Assembly: GCA_951406725.2 (NCBI GenBank)
Contig: OX597840.1
Span: 18,600,001 to 18,664,000 of the forward strand
DNA length: 64,000 bases
Origin: Octopus vulgaris
Lineage: Eukaryota
Reading direction: 5' to 3'
The notes under the pieces were generated by a model. The model saw only the letters and a list, made by a program, of their open reading frames with translations. It was not told the origin of the DNA and ran no database searches. A program made the position numbers and the translations under genes. The first letter of the stretch is position 1; each line of letters opens with the position of its first letter. Below, one piece after another: positions 25,026 through 38,730 of this stretch.

Positions 25026-25969
25026 CTCAGTGGTTTCCGATGATGTTGATTTGTTGTTCTTTTCAGATTATGGCTGCTGTTGCTTAGTGAGTGGGATTGA
25101 CTCAGTGCACAACCTTTCCTCACTTTAAAAAAAATCTTCTTGCACAGGCACTGCACGATAACAACATTGATTAAGCTTTGTGCAATGGCCATACTCGATA
25201 ATGAGGGGGCAGCCACCACCATATATATATATATATACAATATATAGTTTATTTAGAGCTTGTTATTGTTAAAAATAACTCCCATGGCACATCTCTGAAA
25301 CGACCCATAGATGTGATCTTCATTTTTTTTTCTTTCGTAGATTAATACTTAATCTTAAGAAAAATTTTTTATTTCATCATACTAAAATACTATAATTTTA
25401 AATGTACTTACAAAATAATTTTTTCTTAAATTCAATTGTGTTTTATGTATTACATCGACATTTGTCTATTTATGTATTCTGGAATTTTTGTTTCCATTTT
25501 ATAAAGAATATATTTATATAAGTTTCAAATGTGTTTTCTAATTATGTTCTTTTAGACTCCAAATCTGTTGCCTCCATAAAAATATTTTTATATATACATA
25601 CAGACAACTCTTCGGCGAAACGATCGTAAGATGCTTTAAATAATTAATTCAAAACTTTTAAACTATCAAATTTATTTTATACATTAAATTTATATTTTTA
25701 TATATATTTTTAATACAATAAGTTCTTTAACACGGGTATATATTTATGATGAGTTTGAATATTAATTTCCTTATATTAATAATAATAATAATATATTATT
25801 AAAAAATATATGTATATATCGCTCGTATTAAATAAATAAATACTTTAATAGTATTAATATTTTTATGCAATGGAGCACTCAAAATAAATTCAGTATGTAA
25901 TATTCTTATTGAATATATTTGCCTAAAGATTTATACATATATACATGTGTGTGTGTGTGTGTGTATGTA

Positions 25970-26274
25970 TATCATCATCATTTAGTGTCCGCTTTCCATG
26001 CTAGCATGGGTTGGACGGTTCAACTGGGGTCTGTGAAGCTGGAAGGCTTTGTCAGACCTGGCAGTGTTTCTACAGCTGGATGCCCTTCCTAATGCCAACC
26101 ACTCCGTGAGTGTAGTGGGTGCTTTTTACGTGCCACCTGCACAGGTGCCAGACAGAGCTGGCAAACGGACACGAACGGATGGTGCTTTTATGTGCCACCA
26201 ACACGGGGGCCAGACAGAGCTGGCAAACGGCCACGAACGGATGGTGCTTTTACGTGCCACCGACACGGGGGCCA

Positions 26275-26277
<3 letters not shown>
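25970..26277 (-). mobile_element. SINE family C with internal ~60-bp tandem repeats
   Basis: Family C tail plus repeated GCCAGACAGAGCTGGCAAACGG.CACGAACGGATGGTGCTTTTA. Confidence 0.8.
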
Positions 26278-26319
<42 letters not shown>

Positions 26320-26327
26320 AGAGGTAA

Positions 26328-26995
26328 TATTTATCCCCACTTAAACGTGGATGTTCTGTTAGTACAAACTATTCTGTGATAGATACGAGAGAAACCCTCA
26401 TATTGGTTTTTGGTGCAAAATGCACTCTTTTATATTGCTAGAGGGGAGATAAATCCCCACTGCCTCTTGCACCAAGACCACTAGATCATGTGATCTTGAT
26501 CTTCCTTGGTCTCATCAATGATGGATGCTCAATTGCTAGAGATAGCAGCAACTCCCCTCCCTGCCAGCAATATGTAGTAAAATAGTGCCAGAAGAGGCGC
26601 TGGCTTTGTGATAAGCCATTTAGCTTGTTAAAAAATATATTAGCAACAGAGGCAGAATTAATACAGAGAGGAACTATTTATTCCCACTTAAACATGGATG
26701 GTCTGTGAGAACAAACTATTCTGCAGCAGATACCATGAGAGAACTCTCAGATTGGCTTTTGGTGCAAAATGCAAGCTTGTTTATATCACCAGTGGTGGGG
26801 ATAATTCGCTGCTAATTTCAACACCAAGACCACCAGAACACATGGTTTCAACTTTGTTTGGTCCTGTCAATGATGGACACTCGAGTGCTAGAGACAGCAG
26901 CAATTCAACTCTTCACCAGTGATATATAGATTGACAGTGTCAGAGTAAGTGCTGGTGTCCTGATTAGCGAATTGGCTCGTTAAAGAATATGTATT
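26328..26995. repeat. Old diverged tandem duplication, period about 347 bp
   Basis: ATTTAT.CCCACTTAAAC.TGGATG, TTTTGGTGCAAAATGCA and GCTAGAGA.AGCAGCAA occur in both halves. Confidence 0.75.
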
Positions 26996-27434
26996 ACTGG
27001 CAGAGAATGGAAGAAACAAATTTAGTGCCCAAGAAAGATGACTACACTGCTTTGCTTCAACTCATTTTAAAAATAATGAAGAATTTGGTAAAAAAACTTT
27101 GTTATCATTAAGCTGATTTTTGGAATGTATATTAGCATATGAGATGCAGCACGGAATTTTGTCTGTGAAGAGGTCGCGGTCTCAAAGCGACGAAAATATT
27201 TTGACAAATTAAATTTAAATGTTGAAGTGAATCTAACGGTTTTTGTGCGTTTCTTAAATGATTCCTTGTCGCAGTCGTGTTTTTTTCGGCTCGTGAAAAT
27301 TTTGTCAGTGTGTTCTATTACCAATTGTGAAAAAGAAAAAAAAAACAAAAAGAAAATGTAAGTTGTTTTTGAATTTGTTAGTCGAATTTTATTTGACTAA
27401 TATTAGTGAAGCCGCTGAGGAGGGGTAGGCCAAT

Positions 27435-28779
27435 AATGGCCAGCCCGAAGGCGGACAGAACGGAAGACCAAACCCAGAGTCCAGAGATGTCTAGCCTAGA
27501 AAGAATAACAGCTATACCCGGCTTTTCCTCGGACGAAGAGGAAAGTAGGGGAACCAGAAATGCGGTACGAAAGAATATAGATGTGCCAAGCGTGGCAAGG
27601 AAAACGTTAAACTTCGCTGAAGCGGCTAGCCCAAAAGGAAGAAAAATAGATCTGACCAAACTAGAAGAAGCGTAAAAAACAGTATCCAGAAACAGGTATG
27701 AAATTAAACTGAATCAGACGCAAGAATCTCGCGAAGAGATAGAGAGAAAGACGATAATATTTAAAACATATCGTAATAAGGAAAGGAGGATAGACTTTTC
27801 TTCGGAAAAGGAAGTGGAGGCTTGCTTACTACCCATCTGGGAAAAAATCATATTTTTAACCAGGGGTAAAAGATATGGTACGGTGGAAACCAGGTTTAGA
27901 ACAGAGGAAGAAGCAAGGGAGCAGTCCATGATTCCCCTGAGAACAGAGGCAATTACCCTTCTCCCTATTTACAGAGGGAGGCGCGTCTCGAGGATAACAA
28001 TAGCTAACATCCCGCCAGAGGTTGAGCCCGAGCAAATAGTGGCTGGAGTCACTGCAGGGCTGGAAGAAAAAATAGAAATTCGAGATGCCACTGTGGAAGA
28101 TGCCAAAAAGTGGCAGGGACAGAAGGTGAGGATCATTATACAGGCCGAGCCGGACGTCTTGGAAGAAATAGGCGAGGTTATCGAGATCGGAGAAAGCCGG
28201 ATGGCCGTAATGGTGGAGGGCCGGAAGCCCAGGTGTTTCACCTGTGGCAAGAAGGGCCACATCAGGAAAGACTGCAAGCCGGCAGAGATGGAGAAGGGTG
28301 AGCCCATAAAGCCAAGTTCTCAAGTGGTGACAACAGAGACAACACCTGCACCAGAAGTAGGGGAGGGGTGGTCACAAGTTGCTGCTACAAAACGGAAACA
28401 TAATAACCCCTCCCCGGAGAAAACCATAAGCAAAGAGAAGAGAGAGGTGAAGAAAGCGAAGAAGCCGGAGAAGGAAAACAAGATATATGTTGCGATGAAC
28501 ACCGCAAACAGAGAAGTGATGCGCAGAGTGGAGACACAACACATTGAGGAGGTGGAGACGGAAGAGAGATGTGGAGATTGGAGATGCTACGTGATGGGAC
28601 AGAGAGGGTTCAACACGTTAGCGAACAATTTCAGAAAAGATGTAGGCCCATCCAGAATGAGCAAGGAAGATGCCCTGAAGGATGTGGAAAGGAGGAGCAG
28701 CAGCACGCCGATTCCACGGACCCTGGAGGCAGAAGAGACGGACTCCCCCCGTCTGCCGGACCCAGACGAAACAAGGTAA
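27435..28779 (+). pseudogene. LINE ORF1 (gag-like, CCHC knuckle), frameshift near 27672
   Basis: ITIANIPPEV..CFTCGKKGHIRKDC. Confidence 0.82.
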
Positions 28780-28786
28780 GCAAACT

Positions 28787-31700
28787 ATGGCTGTTTACGT
28801 TGGTTGTATAAATGTGCGCGGCCTGACAGCGAACTGGAAACAAGGTCGTTTACTAAACGATGTCAGGTCGCAGAATTTAAATGTAATTGTAGCTACTGAG
28901 ACGCGAATCGAAGGGCCAAGAGATCTACTCCCGCTCATGGACGGCTATGAGAGATTTATTTCTCCTGGACGGCGGGTGGGCGGGAGTGGGGTGTTGGTCC
29001 TGCTTAAAAAAGATAGTGTCTCAGAGAAAAAGTTGATTTTTTTCTGATTCAGAAGGTAGGCTGGTCGTCTTAGATCTGACGTTCAGTTGTGGTAAAGAAA
29101 TCAGGCTGGTAGCAGTCTACGCACCTAATTCGAGTCAGACTGATTTTTATCGAGACCTGGAGAAGTTTCTTGGCACGTCAAAATCCATAGTCATGCTAGG
29201 GGACTTTAATGCCATAGTCGATGCGCGCGTCGATGGCGTTGGCTCAAAAGATAGAAAACCAAACCCTGGCTTCCAGGATCTACTGAGTCGCTTCCAGCTG
29301 GTAGATCCCTACAGACTTGAATTCCCGAACGCTCCACAGTGGTCGTGATTAAATAGCGACGGGTCTGTCAGGTCCTACATAGACAGAATTTTTATTAGAA
29401 AAATAGATAAAGGATTAGTTAAGTGTCCACAGTTTCACCTGGTCAGTTACAGCGATCACAAGATGGTCACTGGCGAACTGAACCTAGATAAGTTAGGTAG
29501 TAAGGGATTCGGCTACTGGAAACTCAATAAGTCCCTTCTGGCTATTGAAGAGTACAGAAACCGGATCGAGTTATTAGTGAAGAGGGCGTTAACCAGTTCC
29601 ATTATTAACAACAAATGGTGGTACGCCCTCAAAAGAGCCATCAAGTACGAGTCCGTCAGATACAGCATAGGTCTAGTAACTAGTGGGCGTAGGAAAGAGA
29701 TGGGGCTAGTTAAGGCCTTAGAGGAAGCCATGAGATCTGGCGATGGAGCCCAGGTTAGGCTGAAGAGACTGGAGTTAAACCAGCACCTCGAAGCCAAACA
29801 TATGGGTTGTATCGTCAGAGCTAGAATTCTCGCTATGGGGTGCGAGGGTATTAAGGCTGCCGGATGGGCACGAGTTGTGGAGGCTCAACGTGGAAACGAT
29901 TCCACAATTAAGTCTGTGACGAACGGGCAAAGTGATGTGATCACCGAACCAGGAGATGTGTCGGACGTTTCAGGAGCACTTCGCTCGGCTTTTTGGGGGC
30001 GACGGCGGACCGGAGGAGAGGGTGGACCTAACGGACATCCTCGCCGGGTTGCCGTGCCTCTCGGGGCAGGACACGGAGAGCTGTGAAGCATCGATCTCGC
30101 CTGAGGAGATAGCTGAGGTCTTGGTCGACTGCGGTGAAGGTAAGGCGCTGGGGATTGATGGTTTACCTTACGAGCTATATAAAAGAATGCCAGACTTGTT
30201 CGGGAACGTGCTGGCCGGCGTCTTCGTGAACTGGCGGCAGAATGGGTTCATTCCCAGATCTATACGTCAGGGAGTGGTGACGCTGATCAGAAAGGACCCG
30301 AGCAAGGGGGACAACATAGACAACTTTCGGCCCATCACTCTGCTAAACACAGATGAAGATTTTGGCCAAGGTGCTAGCAAAAAGGTTGACGCGTGTCGCG
30401 GGTGGTCTGATCGGGGAGGCACAAACTTGTGCGGTTCCTGGAAGAACTATCCAGGACAATCTTCACCTAGTACGCTACACAATAGAGAGGTTTGGGAATG
30501 ACTCTGGCAAAGGTGGGGCACTGGTCCATTTAGACCAGAGTAAAGCGTTTGATAGGGTGAACCATCGGTACCTGGTGTCCGTGCTGGCGCAGTTCGGTCT
30601 GGGTGTTGGCTTCCTCAGGTGGATCATACAATTGTACGATAACATCGACTCGATCGTTCGGGTGAATGGCTTCCTTTCGAAGCCGTTCCGCATCAGACAG
30701 TCTGTTCGTCAAGGGTGTCCGCTCTCCCCGATTTTGTATGTGATGGCTCTCGAGCCATTGCTGCGAAAGCTGAGCGCCATCCCGATGAATCCAGGAGGTG
30801 GAGGATCTGTAACATCGTATGCGGACGACATCACCATCATCGTGACCGAGGTGGAACTCCTACGTAATGTGGGAGATGCCATCAAGGCTTACGAGACGGC
30901 GACAGGAGCAAAGATTAACCGGGAAAAATCGGTCGGCTTGCAACTCGGCACCTGGAGGGGCAAGTCGATGCCTTCGAATAGCATCGTGGGATGCTGGACG
31001 GAGGGCCCGGTTAAGCTGCTAGGGATCTGGTTTGGTCCAGATCTCCAGATAGAAAAGAACTGGTCTGAGGTGACGAGCAAGGTGGCTCACGCGGTCGGGA
31101 CTTGGTCCGGACGGTAGCTATCCTTGAAAGGGAGGGCGGAGGTGGCCAATGTGTTTTTAGCATCAGTCATCACCTACCGCCTGACCGTCGTCCCTTGTCC
31201 GGATTCGTGGTTAAGCAAGTTGGAGAGGCAGATCTTCCACTTTTTGTGGAAGGGAAGCACTCCTCTTGTAAGACGTTCTATTTGCTGTCAGAAACCGTTA
31301 AAGGGTGGCTTAGGGACGCCTTGGCTGATGATGCGCTGAGGTTAAGGCATCTTTGGCTCTACCTGGATGGTGAACGGGTGTGGTCCCCGCTTGCGAGGCA
31401 GATGTTCCCCAGCTTTGTCAGTTTCGGTGGCAGAGAAACCTGGTATCGTCGTAGACTTAGATCGAGCATGTGGTATTCGGAGTGCCATAAGGCACTCTGC
31501 CACTTCCGCAAGTTGGGCAACGCCGGCGGCTTTGGTACCACCGCAGCTTTCTATAGCAGGTTGGTAGAGGCCGGAAATGACGATGCCTTAGGAAGGACCT
31601 TGGGCCTCGATCGAAATCAGTTAGACAGCCTGTTCCGAAGGACGTTCGGGCTGAAGCCATTGGATAACTTCCAGAGGTCTTTGACCTGGCAATGTTTCAG

Positions 31701-32157
31701 AGCAGCTTTACCCGTTCGGGATAAACTCACAAGGCATGGTTGGAGAGGACCATCGAGCTGTCCAAGATGCGAGCGGGATCTGGAAACTGTCTCGCACGCT
31801 ATTGTTCAGTGTCCGGAAGTTTCGGACGTGTGGGTATATGCAGAACACCTGTTGTCAGACGGAAGAGTACAGCTATCGGCTGAGACAATTATAAAAATTG
31901 ACTCGCCTAGCTTTTTGACAAGTGAAGGTAAGCATTGCTTTCTCAGTACAGTAGCAGTAGCGAAAGAGTGTATATGGAAGACTAGAATGAAAGTGGTAAA
32001 GACAGGCACCATGATCTCTGGCTCCGCCTTGGTGACCTTTTTCAGGTTCCACCTAAAAAGAAAGGTGGAGATAGAGAAAAGGTGTCTGTCTGCGTGTGAG
32101 TTTGACAAAATATGGAAACGTGTGGCACGATTGCTGCAAGTGAAAGGGGCCACATGA
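28787..32157 (+). pseudogene. LINE ORF2 (APE endonuclease, RT, Zn finger) with several stops and frameshifts
   Basis: MAVYVGCINVRGL, LGDFN, GYWKLNKSLL, LDQSKAFDRV, VRQGCPLSP, YADD, CPRC..ETVSHAIVQC. Confidence 0.92.
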
Positions 32158-33609
32158 ACACGCTGTAAGTTGGCTGCCGAGCTTCGGTGGGAAAAACAGG
32201 GCTCGTGGGGTCGGCAATCCTGGTGTTCCCACTTCATGTGTTCTTTTTATGTCGTGCTGTTTTTAAAAAAAAAAAATTGTGTATCATTCGATTTCTTCGA
32301 TTTTTGTTATTTCATGTAAAAATTTTTAAAGTTCATTTATATGTAAATTTCATCTGTGTTTCATGACCCCAAATCATGATGTGTTGTCCCCCTCTTCATT
32401 GGCCCCTTGTGGGTAATAAAGAAATAGTGTGTTTCTTAAATGGCTTACAAACACCTTCCATGCTGCAATTGTTTTCATTCCAGCAAACGAGCTCAGATCA
32501 GGTCACTCGCTATGCAAGTACATCTCCATAATATTAGCATAGAATTTTGATGGAAAGTTTTACTTTAGATTGTGATAAAACAAGAAGTTTCTATCATAGA
32601 ACCAGAGATGGTTTTAGACAGTTTTAGAACCAAAAAGATTAAGTCTTGTTACCATATTTCCGTTGAAATCCACTGTTTTTGTTTCAGTTCATTATGAATC
32701 TAAAAAATTTGGTAAAATAACTGTTATTATTATATTGTTGATAGGAATATATATATTAGTATGGAATTTCGATAGGAAGATTTTAGATCACTTTAAAGCA
32801 GGAAGTTTCTATCAAAGAACCAAAGATGGTTTTAGAGAGATTGGAATCAAAAGCATCAACGCTTTTGTTACCATATTTTTGTTGAAATACAGTGCTCGTT
32901 TCAGTTAATTTAGGAAATTTATGAAGAATTTAGTGAAATAGCACTTTGTCACTAACCTGGTGTTTGGAACATAAATTAACATGAAATTTAAAAGGTAGTT
33001 TTGATCCAGATTACAAGAAGATTCTAACCGGGAATGGTCTTGGATGAGTTGTATGAAAATGGTTAATTCTTCCTGGGAGAGAGATTGAATTCTGAATGAA
33101 CATAATGCAAAACCAACTCTGAAATATGCCAAATAAGTCTTGTTGATGTTCCATAAGGTCATCAAAAGTCAAAGGTGAGCTTTGGTGGTGGTTTTGATAC
33201 CTGTTTTAAGAAAAGGAAAAACAAGGAAAAACAAAAAAAGGCCAAGCCTACAAGAGACTTCCCCTATGTGGTTGCTAGGTTTATTAGAAAGTGCAGCCAG
33301 GTTCTTCATCAAAGCACATTCTATTTTTCAATATATAAATGGTTTCAAATTTTGGCAGAAAGCCAGCAATTTTAGGAGTGGGCTAAGTCAATTACATCGG
33401 CCCTAATACTTAACTGGTACTTATTTTATCAACCCTGAAAGAATGGAAGGCAAAGTCGACCTTGGTAGATTTTGAACCCAGAGCATAAAGATGGATGAAA
33501 TGCCACTAAGCATTTTTCCCTGTACGCTAACAGCTCTGCCAGCTTGCCATCTTACTGATGTGTTAGGCATTAATAATAATAATAAGACATCCTTTAATGT
33601 AGTCCTAGA

Positions 33610-34105
33610 TACACTACTCTTCGGGCAGTATGGAAGTTCCTTGCCATCTCAACTCGAACTAAACTCCGCTTATTTAGTTCAAACGTAAAATTTGTGCTTT
33701 TGTATGGCTCTGAAACATGGAGAGCCACCTGCAGCAACTACAAGAAGGTCCAGACCTTCATCAACAAATGTCTCCGGCAGATCCTCCATCTGAAGTGGTT
33801 CGACAGAGTGCCAAACACCAACCTGTGGGAAAGGGCGAAACAGGAGCCCATACATGTTCAGATTAGACGAACGAAATGGAGATGGATCGGGGACACACTG
33901 CGGAAAGAACCCTCAAATGTGACACGACAAGCACTTGACTGGAACCCGCAGAGGAAAAGGAAGCAAGGATGCCCGAAGCAGACATGGAAGGGAGTATTTT
34001 GGACAAGCTCAGGACCACCGGCCTGACATGGGAAGCCTGACATGCAAAAAGTGGAAAACAACTGTTGAGGCCCTATGCTCCACAAGGGGCAAAAAGGATT
34101 AAGAA
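33610..34105 (+). mobile_element. RTE-clade LINE 3' fragment
   Basis: LLYGSETW..FINKCLRQIL..KWRWIG.TLRK..ALDWNPQ. Confidence 0.85.
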
Positions 34106-34319
34106 GATACACTCTAATTGAAAATAAAACAAGTTCATCACAGCTTGAACCTGTGTTTGAGCAGAATAACAAGAACAGGAACAAAGGATAGCAAGGTAAA
34201 AGATAGAAGACACTTGCCCAAGGTGCCCCGCAGTGGGAACAAACCCGGAACCATTTGGTTGGTAAGCAAGTTACTTACCACACAGCCACTCCTGCACCTT
34301 GTCAATTTTTCCATCAATA

Positions 34320-35860
34320 AACATTACCAAAAGCATGAGTTTACCAGCAGAGATTCTGCTTTGGCTACACTGATAGAAACCATCAGTTATGGGTGGCCAG
34401 ACAACATGAAACAAGTCCCAGGTGATATGAGGTCATACTGGTCTTTACGAGATGAATTGGCTTTCGAAGATGGAACCATCTTCAAACGGACACAAGTGTT
34501 GATATCTCCTCCTCTACAACATGACATTCTAGTACAGATCAATGCCTCTCATCAAGGAATAGGAGAGACCAAACCTCATGCTCGTGAAGGCATCTATTTG
34601 ACAAACATCAACAAAGATATTGAAGAAATGGGCAGATCCTGTCAAATATGCCAAGAATTCACAACAGCTAACAAAAACAAACCACTGATACCTCATGACA
34701 TTCCCAGTGCACCAGGGAATAAACAATAAACAAGATCTATTTGAAATCAACAGCAAAACTTATCTGCTTCTCCAAATTTCCGATTGTGACTCGTCTCAGC
34801 CAAACCCCAAGCAAAGCAGTCACAGAGGAATTCAGAAAGACTGTCTCTCTCTGCAGCAGACTTGATTTAATTTTCAGCAACAATGGTCCTCAATATACCG
34901 GAAAACCATTTCAACAATTCAAACAGGAATGGGGAATTCAACACACTACATCATCACCAAGGTGCCTCCCCCAATCAAACGGATTCATAGAGAGACAAGG
35001 ACAGACCGTCAAAAAGACATTCCAGAAATGTGAACAAAGCAAAGACATACACAATGCATTACTGAATCCAAGAGCCACACCGTTAAACCCAAAGATGCTG
35101 TCACCCTCTGAGATCCAACTGGGCAGACCGATCACTTTTGTGCCATCCATGCTGGAGCTACTCTCATGAAACCCAAAGACAGAAAAAACTTCTTGAAGGA
35201 AAGAAAATATAAATGAAAACTGTATGTGACCAGCATGCAAAGAGGGAATTACCTCCGTTGCACAAAGGACAAGCTGTACGAGTCCTTGGCAAAAACAACA
35301 AATGTTGGATACCTGGAGAAATAGCAAGACGATGTAAAGAACTGAGGTGTTACATTGTGAAAGCAATACATAGAGACTTGTGGAGAAGCAGAGATACTGG
35401 CATAGGGGAACCACTCAGACGGAAATGCCTGCCAGGTCACCCAACAATATAGAGACAGACAACCATCCAACAGATCTTACAAACTCCAGGAAATGGGTTC
35501 CAGACCCAACAAACCCCATGGAACATGCTACTCAACTTGACTCAAGGAATGAAATCACCAATACTCCTCCTGATATCAATGCAGAAACACAAAATAATGG
35601 CCAGACACATGAGAAGTGCTCAACGCCAACCCCTGAAAGACTCACAAGATCAGGCAGAACGGTAAAAACACCAGAGCACTAAAAGAACTTTGTGCCATAA
35701 AACTATTCATGTTATTTGAAGTGCATGTTGCATATTGCCCTTCCAACAAATTTTTTTGTCTTTTTGCTTCTTTGAGAGAGAATAAACCCTATTTTCATTC
35801 GGTTTTATTAGTCTGTGAATTGCTTAAAGAAAAGAGGAGGGGATGTTGTAATGATACGAA
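34320..35860 (+). mobile_element. Gypsy LTR-retrotransposon integrase remnant with polypurine tract
   Basis: YWSLRDEL, ASHQGI..CQICQ, NNGPQY, PQSNGFIER; purine tract AAAGAAAAGAGGAGGGA followed by TGTTG near 35845. Confidence 0.8.
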
Positions 35861-38304
35861 ACTAAATGTACTTTGTTTCAAATTGATAAATATGTTGTCA
35901 TGGATAAAAGGTGGCCAGCTTGGTGGTCATGGCTGGAACATCTTTGATCATAATACCTCTGAATCAGAAATACAAAAAAAAAAAAAAGAATTCAATTTAC
36001 TAGAAATAGCAGTTAAATCTCCCTCAAATCACATCTCTACCATGGTCTCAAACCACCCAAACACATTGCATAATGTAGCCTTAGACAACTGTTTCTTAAA
36101 CTAAGACAGAACAGTCATGTCTGGAATATCTATGATCATATGCTGGATTAGGGCCACAGTCATGCCCCTACATGGTCACCACCATTGTAGCAGATTAAGA
36201 TTTTGTAGTTGGTTAAATTTAATAAGAAAAAAAAAGTTTCACTTAATCTTTGCAGGCTCCTGGGTTGCAGCCCCTAAAACCCATCTCAATCTGGCCCTGA
36301 CAATTATATACTTTAAATGAGGCACCAGAGAAGCCTCACATGTTATTGAAAAGTTTCGGTGCAGTAGAAATATTCTACACTTCACTCCTCTATTCAATAA
36401 TGCTGAAGAAGTGAGTTCACTCTATTTCATTGCGTAATAGAGCCTTTCAGCTTACTGAAACACATACTTTATATAAAGCATAAAATACCAGTAATGTTTT
36501 CTGTGTTCCTTTTTCCATATAAATTTATATAATACAGGTAAGAAGACAATGAATTAATTTAGCACATCTTGATTATTAGTTACAATAATTAAGATATGGT
36601 AAATTCATTCTTTGTTGTAATAAGTTACTTTTTGTAAGATTCACAAATACACTAATTTTATCAGTGATGTACTAGAAGTGTCTGCACCAGAGGAAATACA
36701 CTAATTTTGTACCCTACCAGGACCATAATATAGAAACAAACTTTAGGTTAGTTCATATATATTTGTGATATACTTTACCTGCAGTTTACTGTTTAGAAAA
36801 ATTTTCATTTATGGTAAAAAGGTCTAAAAACATCTGCTCATTGTCAATCTGTAGTAGACTCCTAGATGTGTTTCTAGCTTCCAAACCTTCATCAGGAGAT
36901 ACTGAAGGGAGATAACAGATTATAAAGCCATGCTCACAGACTGTCCGGTTAGAACAAATACAGTAGTAGCCCTGCTAAGAAGAGCTGTGGTTTTATGATC
37001 TGCTCAGGGTTGTGTCTCTTTAGTATCTCCTGCTGAGGAAGGATAAAGAACTAGAAATGCATCTTGGAGTCTGCTAGAAGGAAACACTGACCAGATAAGA
37101 TGTTTTTATGTTTTATACCGTTAGCAATAAATTTTCTCCATGATAAACTGGAGAGAAAATGCCATTAGAAATTAAAATATATCAGAAACACGTCTGAACT
37201 AACCTGAAGTTTGTTATTTCTCATCCCTGCTACTACTGTGCGTGTAGAATAAATAAAATTAAGACATTTAATGAAACAAGGGTAGCGCTATAATAGAGTG
37301 GTTAAAACTTAATTGCTGTTTAGGTGGGAGACTTCAAATTTTAAATAAACATGGGGTAGTATCTTGTCTCAACTTAATAAATATTTGTAAAGATTTGGAA
37401 TGTTTATGATTGAAATTACTTGCTTACTATGTCACCAATGTTCTTCAAGACAATTGAGGAAGCAGTAATTACGTACGATGTCATCTATAATTAATCTTTT
37501 AAGTTCTGGAAATGATGAACCATGTTGTTTGAAAAAAAAACATGTAATTGTTAAAAGTCTGTGCAGATTCATTATCTTTTAAACAGTTTTAATTTAGCTT
37601 TAATCATAGCAAAGTTTTATAAAAATAGCTAATTACAAGTATCCTTTTATTAGTTCTTATTTATAAAATTGTTTTTATTAATTACTGGTAAGTTTACATT
37701 ATAGCTTGTAAGGGTAATATATATTAAAAGTATGTAGTGTTCTTTCTTATTATTAACTTTTGACTTATGAAATAACGTATTTCACTCATAATTATTATAT
37801 TATTCATTAAATTCAATTGTTTTTGTTTTGGAGAGAAAAGAAATAAAGCTTTCACTTTCTATTATTATAGTAGAAACTATGGAAGACTGGTAGGATTATT
37901 ATTGGATATGGACTTAAAGATTGGTCACTATTTAGGATATAATTTAATTATTGTAGGTTTACTATTAATACCGATAGAGATGTACATAGATTTATGAGGT
38001 TCTTGTAGTTTAATTTTAAAGTTAGTGTTTAATCCAGCCTATATTTGATTGAATACTGTTGGACATAGGGTAAATGTGTTTGAGAGCTGTGTGTTTTGTT
38101 TTTTGGTATGTTTGTTTCCAAACAGCACTTCTTTTAGTGCTGCTGACACCACCAGATTCAGTGGTACTGCCCAGGTGTCGAAACCATAATGACATCCATG
38201 GGGCAGCTGATGATGTTGGATTGTTGGTATGGCTGTTTTTATATATGGGGAATAGTGTTATAAAATATCGTGTATATATACATATATTCATTTATTTTTT
38301 TGTT

Positions 38305-38462
38305 TGTCATATGATTGCGGCCATGCTGGAGCACTGCCTTTATTCGAGCAAATCGACCTCAGGACTTATTCTATCAGTTTCTTTAGCCAAACTTCTAAGT
38401 TACAGGGATGTAAACACACCAGCATTGGTTGTCAAGCAATGTTGATGGGTACAAACACACAC

Positions 38463-38498
<36 letters not shown>

Positions 38499-38661
38499 TA
38501 ATATGATGGGCTTCTTTCAGTTTCCATCTACCAAATCCACTCACAAGGCTTTGGTTGGTTCAAGGTTATAGAAGACACTTGCCCAAGGTGCCACACAGTG
38601 GGATTGAACCCAGAAGCATGTGGTTGGTAAATACGCTTCTTACCACACAGCCACTCCTGCA
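38305..38661 (-). mobile_element. SINE family A
   Basis: Homologous to 236-650. Confidence 0.8.
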
Positions 38662-38687
38662 CATACATATACACACACACACACACA

Positions 38688-38730
<43 letters not shown>

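Larger units (their letters stand above)
27261..32426 (+). mobile_element. Full-length Tx1/L1-clade LINE (about 5.17 kb), inactivated
   Basis: TSD GTG(C/T)GTTTCTTAAATG at 27245-27260 and 32427-32442; ORF1 plus ORF2; 3' end AATAAAGAAATA. Confidence 0.93.
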
